A DNA stretch of 64,000 bases, taken from positions 997-64,996 of the forward strand of contig JAXDPE010000044.1 of the NCBI GenBank assembly GCA_034668565.1, given 5' to 3'. Each line of letters begins with the position of its first letter. Within the stretch, counting starts at the first letter, position 1. The position numbers and the translations under genes were made by a program. The notes beneath the pieces were generated by a model, which was not told the origin of the DNA, did not search any database, and saw only the letters and a list, made by a program, of their open reading frames with translations. The DNA comes from Sphingomonadales bacterium. Lineage in GTDB: Bacteria; Pseudomonadota; Alphaproteobacteria; Sphingomonadales; Sphingomonadaceae. Of the stretch, positions 1 to 8,761 are shown one piece after another.

Positions 1-1
1 G

Positions 2-310
2 CGGCCGATTACCTCGATCGCCCAATTTCCGAGCCTGGTCCCCGAGGCTCCACCCGAACGTCGGTGGAAGGGACTGTCGGCCGGCCTCGGGATCGTGACT
101 TTCGAGGGGCCGCAGGGGAGGGGTTTTTTCAAGGGGGGCCATAACGACAGCACGGCCAACATGTGGGCCTGCCTGGAGCGGGGCCGCCGCTGCGTCGTCA
201 TCCTCGCCAACGACGTCAGGGCCGAAGCCGCCTTCCCGGCTTTGGTCGACTCCATCCTCGGCGACTCCGGCCTCCCCTGGCACTGGGAATATTCGCGGCT
301 GCGCGATTGA
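2..310 (+). CDS. serine hydrolase / beta-lactamase-family protein, C-terminal fragment (5' end outside window)
   Basis: Frame open from nt 2 to the stop at 308-310. The tail GFFKGGHNDSTANMWACLERGRRCVVILAND resembles the C-terminal region of AmpH/class-C-type serine hydrolases. Confidence 0.55.
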   Translation, partial: RPITSIAQFPSLVPEAPPERRWKGLSAGLGIVTFEGPQGRGFFKGGHNDSTANMWACLERGRRCVVILANDVRAEAAFPALVDSILGDSGLPWHWEYSRLRD

Positions 311-374
311 GCCGTCGCTGCGGGTGACATGCCCGGCCGCGTCACTACATGTGAGCGATGATCGGGATGCCGGT

Positions 375-1031
375 ATGACAGTCGACCTTGACCCCGACCG
401 GCTCCTCGCGCTGAGCTACGTCCCGGCCCGGCGCCGCGCCGCCGTCGGCGCCTTGTGGCGGCTCGATTCGGCACTGGCGGCGGCTCTGACCGGAGGCCGC
501 GAGCCGCTGATCTCGCGGATCAAGCTGGCCTGGTGGCGCGAGGCTCTGGAGAAGCTCGACCGGGAGCCGGCACCGGCAGAGCCGGTGCTGGAAGCGCTGG
601 CGGAGCATGTCCTTCCCGCGGGCGTCAGCGGCGCCGAGCTTGCCGGGATGGAAGAAGGCTGGGCAATCCTCGCCAGCCCGGAAACCCTGACTCCGGACGA
701 GCTTGCCGCTTATGCCCGGGCCCGAGGGGCGCTGCTCTTCCGATTCACCGCGCGTCTGCTCGGCGAATCCGAAACGGCGAAGGAAGCCGGCGAGGCCTGG
801 GCGTTGGTCGACCTGGCGCGCCACTGCGGCGCGGCGGCCGATTCGGACGTCGCCTTGGCCGCGGCGCGACAGCGCCCTTTGCGCCGGCGCTGGCCCGCCC
901 GCTTGAGGCCGCTCGGAATGCTGGCCGTCCTCGCCGCTCGCGATCTCGATCCTGGGCGGCCGCCCTTCGAGACGCGCGGCGCGCCGGCCCGGATGTGGCG
1001 GATGCTTCGGCATAGAATTTCCGGATACTAG
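375..1031 (+). CDS. squalene/phytoene synthase family protein (small, non-carotenoid type)
   Basis: ORF 324..1031. ATG at 375 (MTVDLDPDRLLALSYVP) is the likelier start. The ISRIKLAWWREALEKLD motif is typical of this family. Confidence 0.6.
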   Translation: MTVDLDPDRLLALSYVPARRRAAVGALWRLDSALAAALTGGREPLISRIKLAWWREALEKLDREPAPAEPVLEALAEHVLPAGVSGAELAGMEEGWAILASPETLTPDELAAYARARGALLFRFTARLLGESETAKEAGEAWALVDLARHCGAAADSDVALAAARQRPLRRRWPARLRPLGMLAVLAARDLDPGRPPFETRGAPARMWRMLRHRISGY

Positions 1032-1110
1032 TCGTTTTCCATAAAAAGCAGTCGACTCGAAGCGCGTTTTTGAGTGATTTTGCTTCTTCTGATCAGGGAG
1101 GAGAGAGATC

Positions 1111-1557
1111 ATGGTTCGTTACATCGTCGCGGGCGCCTCGGCGCTGCTTCTGATCGCCGCGATATTCTTCATCTGGCGAAGCGGCGCCGAGGCTCAGGAT
1201 GCCATCCCGCCGGCGCCGCCCTCGACGGCTCGAAGCGGGGTCTACGAGACCGGCGCCGGCCCGCGGCTGCGGGCGCCGCCGGCAATGTCGGACCAGAGCC
1301 GGGAAGCGAAGCGCTTCGCCCGGGCCGACCGGAACCGCGACGGCCGGATCACCCTGGAAGAGCAGCTCCAGTCCCGCCGCAAGGCCTTCGCCAAGGCGGA
1401 TCGCGACGGTAACGGAAGCCTCAGCTTCGAGGAATGGACCGCGCCTTCCGCCGAGAAATTCGCCAAGGCCGACAAGGACCGCTCCGGCTGGCTCGACGCC
1501 GCGGAATATGAAGCGAGCCGGCCCAAGCCGAAGGCGAAGCCGAAATGTGCATGCTGA
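1111..1557 (+). CDS. EF-hand domain-containing protein with N-terminal membrane anchor/signal
   Basis: Three Ca-binding-loop-like motifs: DRNRDGRITLEE, DRDGNGSLSFEE, DKDRSGWLDAAE. Hydrophobic N-terminus VAGASALLLIAAIFFIW. Confidence 0.75.
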   Translation: MVRYIVAGASALLLIAAIFFIWRSGAEAQDAIPPAPPSTARSGVYETGAGPRLRAPPAMSDQSREAKRFARADRNRDGRITLEEQLQSRRKAFAKADRDGNGSLSFEEWTAPSAEKFAKADKDRSGWLDAAEYEASRPKPKAKPKCAC

Positions 1558-1582
1558 GCGAGGAAAATCGGCGGCGTCTCTG

Positions 1583-1637
1583 CCTCCCTGCGGCGAAGCC
1601 GCGGGGAGGGGGACCATGCGAAGCATGGTGGAGGGGT
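1583..1637. repeat. left terminal double-hairpin repeat of the DUF559 element
   Basis: CCTCCCTGCGGC-GAA-GCCGCGGGGAGG followed by GGGGGACC-ATGC-GAA-GCAT-GGTGGAGGGG. Its reverse complement recurs at 2009-2059, and related copies lie at 5707-5756 and 5793-5840. Confidence 0.8.
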
Positions 1638-1639
1638 AA

Positions 1640-2005
1640 ATGCCTCGGCCTGTGAACTGGAGCGACAGAAATGCTGCGATCCTTCGGGCGCGAGCGCTGC
1701 GACGGGCACCCACGCCACCGGAATACCGACTCTGGCTCTACCTTCAGCAGAGGCCCGACGGTCTGAAGTTCCGCAAGCAGCATCCGCTGGGGCCATACAC
1801 CCTGGATTTTTACTGCCCGAGCGCAAAACTCGGCATTGAAGGCGATGGCGATAGCCACAGTATGGGCGACAATCCGGCGCGGGACCGGCGTCGCGACGCC
1901 TGGCTGAGCGAGAAGGGACTTCAAGTGCTTCGATACGACGCGGCAGATGTGATGAGGGACGTGGAGTCGGTAGTCACGGCGATTGTTATAGCAGCGCGGC
2001 GCTAA
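1640..2005 (+). CDS. DUF559 (Vsr-like / PD-(D/E)XK-type) endonuclease domain protein
   Basis: 121 aa. [14 protein letters not shown]...[31 protein letters not shown]...[16 protein letters not shown] matches the DUF559 pattern. The ORF fills the space between the inverted repeats exactly. Confidence 0.85.
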   Translation: MPRPVNWSDRNAAILRARALRRAPTPPEYRLWLYLQQRPDGLKFRKQHPLGPYTLDFYCPSAKLGIEGDGDSHSMGDNPARDRRRDAWLSEKGLQVLRYDAADVMRDVESVVTAIVIAARR

Positions 2006-3365
2006 TTACCCCTCCACCAGGCTTCGCCTGGTCCCCCTCCCCATCTTGCGATGGGGAGGCAAGCCATTGGTCCAGTGCCACTTTGGCTCTGTCGGTATAA
2101 GCCCGTTTCCGGTCCGCCTTCTTCGCCTTGGTGTCGACCGGCGGGAACAGGCCGAAATTGACGTTCATCGGCTGGTAGGTTGCCGCCTCGGCGCCGCCGG
2201 TGATGTGGCCGAGCAGGGCGCCCAGCGCGGTTTCGGGCGGGGGCGGGGCGAGAGTCGCGCCGCCAAGCTCGGCGGCGGCGAAGCGGCCGGCGAGAAGGCC
2301 GATGGCGGCGGATTCGACATAGCCTTCGCAGCCGGTGATCTGGCCGGCGAAGCGGATGTGCGGCGCCGCCTTGAGCCTGAGCGTTCCGTCCAGGAGCTTG
2401 GGCGAATTGATGAAGGTATTGCGGTGGAGGCCGCCGAGCCGGGCGAACTCCGCTTGTTCGAGGCCGGGAATGGTCCGGAACAGCCGGACCTGCTCGGCAT
2501 GCTTCAGCTTGGTCTGGAAACCGACCATGTTCCACAAGGTGCCGAGCGCATTGTCCTGCCTGAGCTGGACCACCGCCCAGGGCCAGTGACCCGTCTTCGG
2601 CTCATCGAGCCCAACGGGCTTCATCGGTCCGTAGCGCAAGGTGTCGAGACCCCGCTGCGCCATCACCTCGATCGGCATGCAGCCTTCGAAATAGGGCGTG
2701 TCCTTTTCCCATTCCTTGAACTCGGTCTTCTCGCCGTCGACCAGCCCCTGGTGGAAGGCGAGATACTGCGCCTTGGTCATCGGGCAATTGATATAGTCCT
2801 TGCCGCCTTTGTCCCAGCGCGCGGCCATCCAGGCGACGTCCATGTCGATCGAGTCCCGGTGGACGATGGGCGCGATCGCGTCGAAGAAGGCGAGGGCGTC
2901 GGAGCCGGTCGCCGCGCCGATCGACTCGGCGAGCTTCATCGCCGTCAGCGGACCGGTGGCGACGATGGTCGCGCCCGAGGCGGGGAGGGCGTCGACCCGC
3001 TCGCGGACCAGCTCGATATTGGGGTGGGCGGCGATCCGCTCCGTGACCGATTGGGCGAAGCCTTCACGGTCGACCGCGAGGGCGGATCCGGCCGGGACCC
3101 GGTGAGCGTCCGCGGCGGCCATGATCAGCGACCCGAGCCTTCGCATTTCGGCATGGATGAGCCCGACGGCATTGTGCTCGGCGTCGTCGGAGCGGAAGCT
3201 GTTCGAGCAGACCAGTTCGGCGAGGCTGTCGCCTTGATGCGCCGGAGTCGTCTCGCCCGATCCGCGCATCTCGGACAGGCGAACCTTCACGCCGGCTTCG
3301 GCGAGCTGCCAGGCCGCTTCGCACCCGGCGAGGCCGCCGCCGATGATATGGACCTGGAACGTCAT
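1986..3365 (-). CDS. trmFO: methylenetetrahydrofolate--tRNA-(uracil-5-)-methyltransferase TrmFO
   Basis: [29 protein letters not shown]-binding N-terminus and full-length TrmFO-like sequence. The last ~25 codons are read through the repeat at 2009-2059. Confidence 0.95.
   Translation of the reverse strand: MTFQVHIIGGGLAGCEAAWQLAEAGVKVRLSEMRGSGETTPAHQGDSLAELVCSNSFRSDDAEHNAVGLIHAEMRRLGSLIMAAADAHRVPAGSALAVDREGFAQSVTERIAAHPNIELVRERVDALPASGATIVATGPLTAMKLAESIGAATGSDALAFFDAIAPIVHRDSIDMDVAWMAARWDKGGKDYINCPMTKAQYLAFHQGLVDGEKTEFKEWEKDTPYFEGCMPIEVMAQRGLDTLRYGPMKPVGLDEPKTGHWPWAVVQLRQDNALGTLWNMVGFQTKLKHAEQVRLFRTIPGLEQAEFARLGGLHRNTFINSPKLLDGTLRLKAAPHIRFAGQITGCEGYVESAAIGLLAGRFAAAELGGATLAPPPPETALGALLGHITGGAEAATYQPMNVNFGLFPPVDTKAKKADRKRAYTDRAKVALDQWLASPSQDGEGDQAKPGGGVISAALL
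2009..2059. repeat. right terminal double-hairpin repeat of the DUF559 element (inverted)
   Basis: CCCCTCCACC-AGGC-TTC-GCCT-GGTCCCCC followed by TCCCCATCTTGCGATGGGGAGG. This is the reverse complement of the 1583-1637 architecture with a different inner stem. Confidence 0.8.
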
Positions 3366-3407
3366 GGCGCGGCGATAGCCGCAGCCCGGCCGCCGGGAAA
3401 GGCTCGC

Positions 3408-3818
3408 TCACTCCCAATGACCCGAAAGCCGACAAATCCTCGCGCAGCAAGCGGAGGTGAAAATGAGTGCGAAGGCCGAAGGCGGTTGAGCGAAGGCCCC
3501 CGTCGCGCCGGCGATCGCAGCGCCTGCCAGGGCGCCGGCCGCGAACCATAGGGATCGCGCTCGGGCGGCAGGGAAGACTCCCCCGGTGAATTGCATGAGA
3601 TAGCTGCCTATCAGGTTGGGGATGATGGACAGGATGAAGCCGACGAAGACGGCCGGAATGAACAGCGCCATGCCGGGGAGGATCTGCGCGGGATCGATGA
3701 TCACGGGCCGGGGCAGCTCGAGATAGGCATAGGCCAGCGCTGTCGAGGCCAGGAAGATTGGGCCGGCGGCCAGCGAAGCCAGGCCGATCGAGCCGGAGAA
3801 TGAGTAGCCTGGGCGCAC
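3408..3818 (-). CDS. hypothetical membrane protein
   Basis: 136 aa with 3-4 hydrophobic segments and GC3-rich codon usage. No family recognised. Confidence 0.5.
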   Translation of the reverse strand: MRPGYSFSGSIGLASLAAGPIFLASTALAYAYLELPRPVIIDPAQILPGMALFIPAVFVGFILSIIPNLIGSYLMQFTGGVFPAARARSLWFAAGALAGAAIAGATGAFAQPPSAFALIFTSACCARICRLSGHWE

Positions 3819-3878
3819 GGCGTTTCCTCCACGAAAAAGTGAGGGCGCGGCCGGTGAAGGCCGCGCCCGTCCAAGGCG

Positions 3879-4253
3879 TCACATCGCGGCCGCGGCTCGC
3901 TGGTCGGAGAACCATTCGTTCACCTTGCGGCCGAAATGGGCGATCGCCGACATATTGAAGAAATGCATGCCGCCGAGCACGATTACGGCGAGGCCGACCT
4001 TGCTGCTGAGGAATCGGATCGCCTCGGCCGGGGTCGTCGGCTCGGCCCCCAGGCTGAGGGTCAGAGTGATGAAGCCGATATTGACGAGGTAGAAGCCGAC
4101 CACGAGCAGATGGTTGGTCGAATTGGCGAGCTCCTCGTTGTGGCCGAAGCACTGGACCAGGAAAACCTTGCCGTTGCGCGACAAAGTGCGGGCCACCCAG
4201 ATCGTGATGGCGAGGGTGATGAGCAGATAGAGGCCATAGGCGATCTCGACCAT
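3879..4253 (-). CDS. hypothetical small membrane protein (downstream of the GbsR-type regulator)
   Basis: 124 aa with 3-4 TM segments (LYLLITLAITIWV, LLVVGFYLVNIGFITLTL, VGLAVIVLGGM). An operator-like palindrome lies 25 nt upstream. Confidence 0.6.
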   Translation of the reverse strand: MVEIAYGLYLLITLAITIWVARTLSRNGKVFLVQCFGHNEELANSTNHLLVVGFYLVNIGFITLTLSLGAEPTTPAEAIRFLSSKVGLAVIVLGGMHFFNMSAIAHFGRKVNEWFSDQRAAAAM

Positions 4254-4277
4254 TCAAAGTTCCTTTCTCTTCGGTTG

Positions 4278-4295
4278 TTTCTGTAAACACTGAAA
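4278..4295. promoter_or_regulatory. operator-like palindrome TTTCTGTAAACACTGAAA
   Basis: Half-sites TTTCTGT/ACTGAAA match 6 of 7. Near-identical to the perfect palindrome at 4897-4914, just upstream of the regulator gene start. Confidence 0.4.
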
Positions 4296-4335
4296 ACTAC
4301 AGGCGTGGAAAAGGGCTGTGTGCGGTCTGTGGCTC

Positions 4336-4887
4336 CTATTTGGGGCTGGGCTTGCCGGCGCCGGGAATGAAGCGGGCGACCTTGCCGCCGAGCTTCATCA
4401 AGGTGACGAGGGTCGGCTTGGGCAGGCCGCGAACCTGCTCGTACCAATCGCCCAGGGTGGAAATGAATTCGTGCATCCGGGTGATGCGCTCGCGCACATG
4501 CCGCGGTGCGCTGTCGTCTTTCGCCAGCCTGGCCGAAAGCTCCGCGAGGAGGGCGACGGTCGGGTCGATCTCGCGCCGTTTACGCTCCGCGACGATCCGG
4601 CTCAGCATCTCCCACAGATCGGTCTCGGCCGTGAAATGATCGCGCCGGTCGCCCTCGATATGCACCCGGCGAACGATCCCGTAGCCCTGCAGCTCCTTGA
4701 GGCCGGTCGAGACGTTGGATCGCGCGAGCCCGAGCTGCTCGACGATATCGTCGGCGGGAAGGGCTCGGTCGGACAGATAGAGAAGGGCGTGGATCTGAGA
4801 TACCGACCGATTGACGCCCCATTGCGTGCCCATCTCTCCCCAATGGAGGACGAAGGCCTTGGCATCCGGATGATCGATCACGCTCAC
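4336..4887 (-). CDS. GbsR/MarR-type winged-helix transcriptional regulator
   Basis: WGVNRSVSQIHALLYLSDRALPADDIVEQLGLARSNVSTGLKELQGYGIVRR matches the wHTH of the GbsR/MarR class. GTG 4885-4887 is preceded by AAGGAA, and the ORF track ATG at 4938 is the alternative start. Confidence 0.8.
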   Translation of the reverse strand: MSVIDHPDAKAFVLHWGEMGTQWGVNRSVSQIHALLYLSDRALPADDIVEQLGLARSNVSTGLKELQGYGIVRRVHIEGDRRDHFTAETDLWEMLSRIVAERKRREIDPTVALLAELSARLAKDDSAPRHVRERITRMHEFISTLGDWYEQVRGLPKPTLVTLMKLGGKVARFIPGAGKPSPK

Positions 4888-4896
4888 TGCCGTTCC

Positions 4897-4914
4897 TTTC
4901 TGTAAAGACAGAAA
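4897..4914. promoter_or_regulatory. operator-like perfect palindrome TTTCTGT-AAAG-ACAGAAA
   Basis: 7+7 perfect inverted repeat, 10 nt upstream of the proposed GTG start of the regulator and overlapping its RBS region. Confidence 0.45.
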
Positions 4915-4960
4915 TAGCAGAACGGCCAAGGATGGCAAGCCTCATTTCCCTTGAACCAAT

Positions 4961-5053
4961 CCGTCATTGCGAGGAGCGAAGCGACGCGGCAATCCAGAAG
5001 CGGCGGCCGGGACGAACGCCGACCTGGATTGCTTCGCTTCGCTCGCAATGACG
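4961..5053. repeat. palindromic MITE/REP-like element, family A
   Basis: CCGTCATTGCGAGGAGCGAAGCGACGCGGCAATCCAG ... CTGGATTGCTTCGCTTCGCTCGCAATGACG. Other copies lie at 35905-35990 and 37947-38032. Confidence 0.85.
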
Positions 5054-5096
5054 CAATTCCAGGTAAGCCAGTCGGGGTTCAAGCGCGGAGGAAAGC

Positions 5097-5792
5097 ATGC
5101 GGACGAGTGCGTGGCTTTTGGTCACGACCAGCCTGGTCTTCGGACTTTCCTACCCCCTGCTGTGGGATCATCTGCCGAAGGCGGCGGACATCGCGGTGAA
5201 AGGGGCGGGGGTCGGCCTGCTCGCGCTTTCGGCGGCGCTGGGCCCGCGAGGCCCGGAGGGACGGCTGCTCGCCTTCGTGATGGCATTGGGAGCGATGGGC
5301 GACGTGTTGATCGAAGTTTCGCTTGCCGCCGGCGCCGCCGCCTTCGCCGCCGGCCATGTCGTCGCCATCCTGCTCTATCGCCGCAACAAGCGGGCGGGCG
5401 TCGGTCCAGCGGATTGGGCGATCGCCGCCATGATGCTGCTCGTTGCGGCGGCCGTGCCATTCCTTCTGCTCGAGGGTCGAGGGGAAGCCCTGCCTTTCAC
5501 CGTCTACGCCCTGCTCCTCGGGGGGATGGCGACGAGCGCCTGGCTAAGCCGTTTCCCGCGCGAGCTGGTCGCGCTCGGCGCGCTGCTGTTCCTCGCCAGC
5601 GACATGCTGATCGCGCTTCGAATGGGGAGCGGCCTCACCGGCCTCGGCGCGCCGATCTGGCTGCTTTACTATGTCGGCCAGCTGCTGATCTTCCTGGGAG
5701 TGACATCCTCCCCATCGAAGACGGGGAGGGGGACCGGGCGGAGCCCGGTGGAGGGGCAATTGGCGCCGATCTTTGAAAGTCCGCGCCGCTAA
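5097..5792 (+). CDS. lysoplasmalogenase (YhhN/TMEM86) family membrane protein
   Basis: Polytopic, 231 aa. GDVLIE...AAGHVVAILLY and LLFLASDMLIAL are YhhN-like. The last ~25 codons are encoded by the repeat at 5707-5792. Confidence 0.7.
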   Translation: MRTSAWLLVTTSLVFGLSYPLLWDHLPKAADIAVKGAGVGLLALSAALGPRGPEGRLLAFVMALGAMGDVLIEVSLAAGAAAFAAGHVVAILLYRRNKRAGVGPADWAIAAMMLLVAAAVPFLLLEGRGEALPFTVYALLLGGMATSAWLSRFPRELVALGALLFLASDMLIALRMGSGLTGLGAPIWLLYYVGQLLIFLGVTSSPSKTGRGTGRSPVEGQLAPIFESPRR

Positions 5793-5840
5793 CCCTCCAT
5801 CACACTTCGTGTGGTCCCCCCATGCTGTCGAATAGGGAGG
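5707..5840. mobile_element. cargo-less (MITE-like) derivative of the DUF559 element
   Basis: The same double-hairpin unit (5707-5756) and its inverted partner (5793-5840) are separated by only ~35 nt. That spacer retains the ...CGCCGCTAA end seen at the DUF559 stop. Confidence 0.7.
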
Positions 5841-5846
5841 ACGGAT

Positions 5847-8630
5847 TCATTCCTGGCTGTCCGGGAGCGTCTCCGGGCCGGTGCCGTCGTCGAGCTGGAC
5901 CGTGTCCGACGCCGCTTCGGGCGGCGCTTCGCCAAGCTCTTCGGCGACCAGCGCCTCGGCTTCGTTCTCGGGCTCCTCATCCTCGTCGATCCGCGCCGCC
6001 GAGACGACATGCTCGTCGTCGGCGACCCGGAAGAGGGTGACTCCCTGGGTGTTGCGCCCAGCGATCCTTATGTCGCCGACGGTGGTCCGGATGAGCTTGG
6101 CCTGATCGGTCACGAGCATCAGCTGCTGGCCGTTATGCGCCGGGAAGCTGGCGACGACGCAGCCGTTGCGGGCCGACGTCTCGATGTTGGTGATGCCTTG
6201 GCCGCCCCGCCCGGTCTGGCGATATTCATAGGCCGAGGTGCGTTTGCCGTAGCCGTTCTCGGTGACGGTGAGGATGAACTCTTCCGCCGCCTCGAACTCG
6301 GCCATGCGTTCCGGCGCGAGCGTCGGCGGATTCTCATTCTCCTTCCACGGCGCGGCGCGAAGATAGGCCTCGCGCTCGTCGGCGCTGGCGCCGAACCCCT
6401 TGAGAATGGACAGCGAAATGACCTCGTCGTCCTTCTGGAGCCGGATCCCGCGGACCCCGGCCGAAGTTCGCGACTGGAACTCGCGGACCTCGGTCGCGGC
6501 GAATCGGATCGCCTTGCCCTGCTTGGTCGCCAGCAGCGCGTCGTCCTCCTCGGTAAGCAGGGAAACGCCGATCAGCCGGTCGGTGGGATCGCCTTCCTCG
6601 TCATTGCCGAAGCGCATCGCTATCTTGCCGGCGGTGGGGACGTTGGTGAAGGCGTCCATCGAATTGCGCCGGACGGTGCCGTGCGCGGTGGCGAACAGGA
6701 TGTGGAGCTTGCCCCACTCGGCCTCGTCCTCGGGCAGCGGAAGAACGGTCGAGATGGTCTCGCCCTCGCCCAAAGGAAGCAGGTTGACCATCGGCCGGCC
6801 GCGGGCCTGCGGCTGGCCTTCCGGAAGCCGCCACACCTTGAGGCGGTAGACCTTGCCGGCCGTGGAGAAGAACAGGACCGGCGTATGGGTCGAGGTCACG
6901 AACAGGTTGGTGACCGCATCCTCGTCCTTGGTGGCCATCCCGGCCCGGCCCTTGCCGCCGCGGCGCTGGGCCCGGAAGGTGGCGAGCGGGGTGCGCTTGA
7001 TGTAGCCGCCGAGAGTCACGGTCACGACCATGTCCTCACGTTCGATCAGGTCCTCGTCCTCGATCCCGTCCCAGGCCGGGGCGATCTCGGTGGTGCGCGG
7101 AACCGCGAACTGCTCGATAATCTCGTCGAACTCGGCGCGCATCACCGCGTAGAGCTTGACCCGGTCGCCCAGGATATCGAGCAATTCGCCGATGGAGACG
7201 GCGAGCGTCTTCAGTTCGCCGGCGATCTCGTCGCGGCCGAGGCCGGTCAGGCGGTGGAGCCGGAGCTCGAGTATAGCCCGCACCTGGGTGTCGGAGAGGC
7301 GGTAGGTGTCGCCCTCGACCTCATGCTCGACCGCCTCCACCAAAGCGATATATTGGGCGATCTCGGCGATCGGCCAGTCGCGCGCGATCAAGGCGGCGCG
7401 GGCCTCGGCGGGAGACGCGGAGCCGCGGATGATCCGGACCACCTCGTCGAGGTTGGTGACGGCGATGACGAGGCCGAGCAGGATGTGGGCGCGGTCGCGG
7501 GCCTTGGCGAGCTCGAACTTGGCGCGGCGGGTGATCACCTCCTCGCGGAAGCGGACGAAGCTCTCGATGATGTCGCGAAGGTTCAAGGTCTCCGGCCGGC
7601 CGCCGCGGATGGCGAGCATGTTGGCCGGGAAGCTCGACTGGGCCGGGGTATGGCGCCAGAGCTGGTTGAGGACGACGTCGGGGGTCGCGTCGCGCTTGAG
7701 GTCGATGACGACCCGGACGCCCTCCCGGTTCGATTCGTCCCGGATGTCGGAGACGCCCTCGATGCGCTTGTCCTTGGCGGCCTCGGCGATCCGCTCGACC
7801 AGCGTGTTCTTGCCGACCTGGTAGGGGATGGAGGTGAGCACGATCGAGCGGCGGTCGCCGCGGCCTTCCTCGACTTCGTGGCGGGCCCGCATGATGATCG
7901 AGCCTCGGCCGGTATGATAGGCGCTGCGGGCGCCGGCCTGGCCGAGGATGAGCGGGGCGGTCGGGAAATCCGGTCCCGGGATGATCTCCATCAGCTGCTC
8001 GATGGTGATCGCGGGATCGTCCATATAGGCTTTGCAGGCGGCGACCACTTCGCCGAGATTGTGGGGCGGAATGTTGGTCGCCATTCCGACCGCGATCCCG
8101 CCCGCGCCGTTGACCAGCAGATTGGGGAAGCGCGCCGGAAGCACCTGAGGCTCCATCCGCGAGCCGTCGTAATTGGGCGTGAAGTCGACCGTGTCCTTGT
8201 CGAGGTCTTCGAGCAGGGTCATCGCGACCTTGGCGAGCCGCGCCTCGGTGTAGCGCATCGACGCGGGAGGATCGGGATCCATCGATCCGAAATTGCCTTG
8301 GCCGTCGATCAGCATCACCCGCATCGACCAGTCCTGGGCCAGGCGGGCGAGGGCGTCGTAGATCGCGCTGTCGCCGTGCGGGTGGTAATTGCCCATGACG
8401 TCGCCGACGATCTTGGCGCATTTGCGATAGGCGCGGCCGGGGACGAAGCCGCCTTCCTGGCAGGCGTAGAGGATCCGGCGGTGGACCGGCTTCAGGCCGT
8501 CGCGAACGTCTGGGAGGGCTCGGGCGACGATCACCGACATCGCATAATCGAGGTAGGAGGTCTTCATCTCCTCGACGATCTGGACCGGGGAAATATCGTG
8601 GCTGTCGATGGTCGGCGGGGCGCTGGCCAA
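5847..8630 (-). CDS. gyrA: DNA gyrase subunit A
   Basis: 927 aa. [29 protein letters not shown], the AAMRYTE-equivalent SMRYTEARL, and a C-terminal beta-pinwheel region. TTG start at 8628-8630. Confidence 0.97.
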   Translation of the reverse strand: MASAPPTIDSHDISPVQIVEEMKTSYLDYAMSVIVARALPDVRDGLKPVHRRILYACQEGGFVPGRAYRKCAKIVGDVMGNYHPHGDSAIYDALARLAQDWSMRVMLIDGQGNFGSMDPDPPASMRYTEARLAKVAMTLLEDLDKDTVDFTPNYDGSRMEPQVLPARFPNLLVNGAGGIAVGMATNIPPHNLGEVVAACKAYMDDPAITIEQLMEIIPGPDFPTAPLILGQAGARSAYHTGRGSIIMRARHEVEEGRGDRRSIVLTSIPYQVGKNTLVERIAEAAKDKRIEGVSDIRDESNREGVRVVIDLKRDATPDVVLNQLWRHTPAQSSFPANMLAIRGGRPETLNLRDIIESFVRFREEVITRRAKFELAKARDRAHILLGLVIAVTNLDEVVRIIRGSASPAEARAALIARDWPIAEIAQYIALVEAVEHEVEGDTYRLSDTQVRAILELRLHRLTGLGRDEIAGELKTLAVSIGELLDILGDRVKLYAVMRAEFDEIIEQFAVPRTTEIAPAWDGIEDEDLIEREDMVVTVTLGGYIKRTPLATFRAQRRGGKGRAGMATKDEDAVTNLFVTSTHTPVLFFSTAGKVYRLKVWRLPEGQPQARGRPMVNLLPLGEGETISTVLPLPEDEAEWGKLHILFATAHGTVRRNSMDAFTNVPTAGKIAMRFGNDEEGDPTDRLIGVSLLTEEDDALLATKQGKAIRFAATEVREFQSRTSAGVRGIRLQKDDEVISLSILKGFGASADEREAYLRAAPWKENENPPTLAPERMAEFEAAEEFILTVTENGYGKRTSAYEYRQTGRGGQGITNIETSARNGCVVASFPAHNGQQLMLVTDQAKLIRTTVGDIRIAGRNTQGVTLFRVADDEHVVSAARIDEDEEPENEAEALVAEELGEAPPEAASDTVQLDDGTGPETLPDSQE

Positions 8631-8761
8631 GGGAGGTTTCCTGATTGTTGATCGTGATGCGCCGAAGCGCGGAAAGGGTCGTCTTATGCCTAGCGGAAGG
8701 GTCCGCCCGGCGCCACCCCGCGCACACGTACGCGTACGCGCGCGAGGCTTTTCCTAGATAG

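Noticed and set aside
3064-4290. 408-aa minus-strand ORF and neighbouring Arg/Pro-rich ORFs (for example 4580..4945 and 4967..5776).
   Set aside because: These are out-of-frame or antisense to membrane-protein, regulator and YhhN-like genes that have coherent hydrophobicity and motif patterns. Their composition is typical of non-coding frames in GC-rich DNA.
5811-8651. 946-aa ORF on the plus strand, plus several other long ORFs in this interval.
   Set aside because: It is exactly antisense to gyrA, its composition is Arg/Gly/Asp/Leu-rich, and no motifs are recognisable. This is a typical high-GC shadow ORF.
8690-8760. Short GTACGC GTACGC tandem and CG-rich tract upstream of gyrA.
   Set aside because: There are only two 6-nt units with no symmetry or recurrence elsewhere in the window. 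This is insufficient to call a regulatory site.
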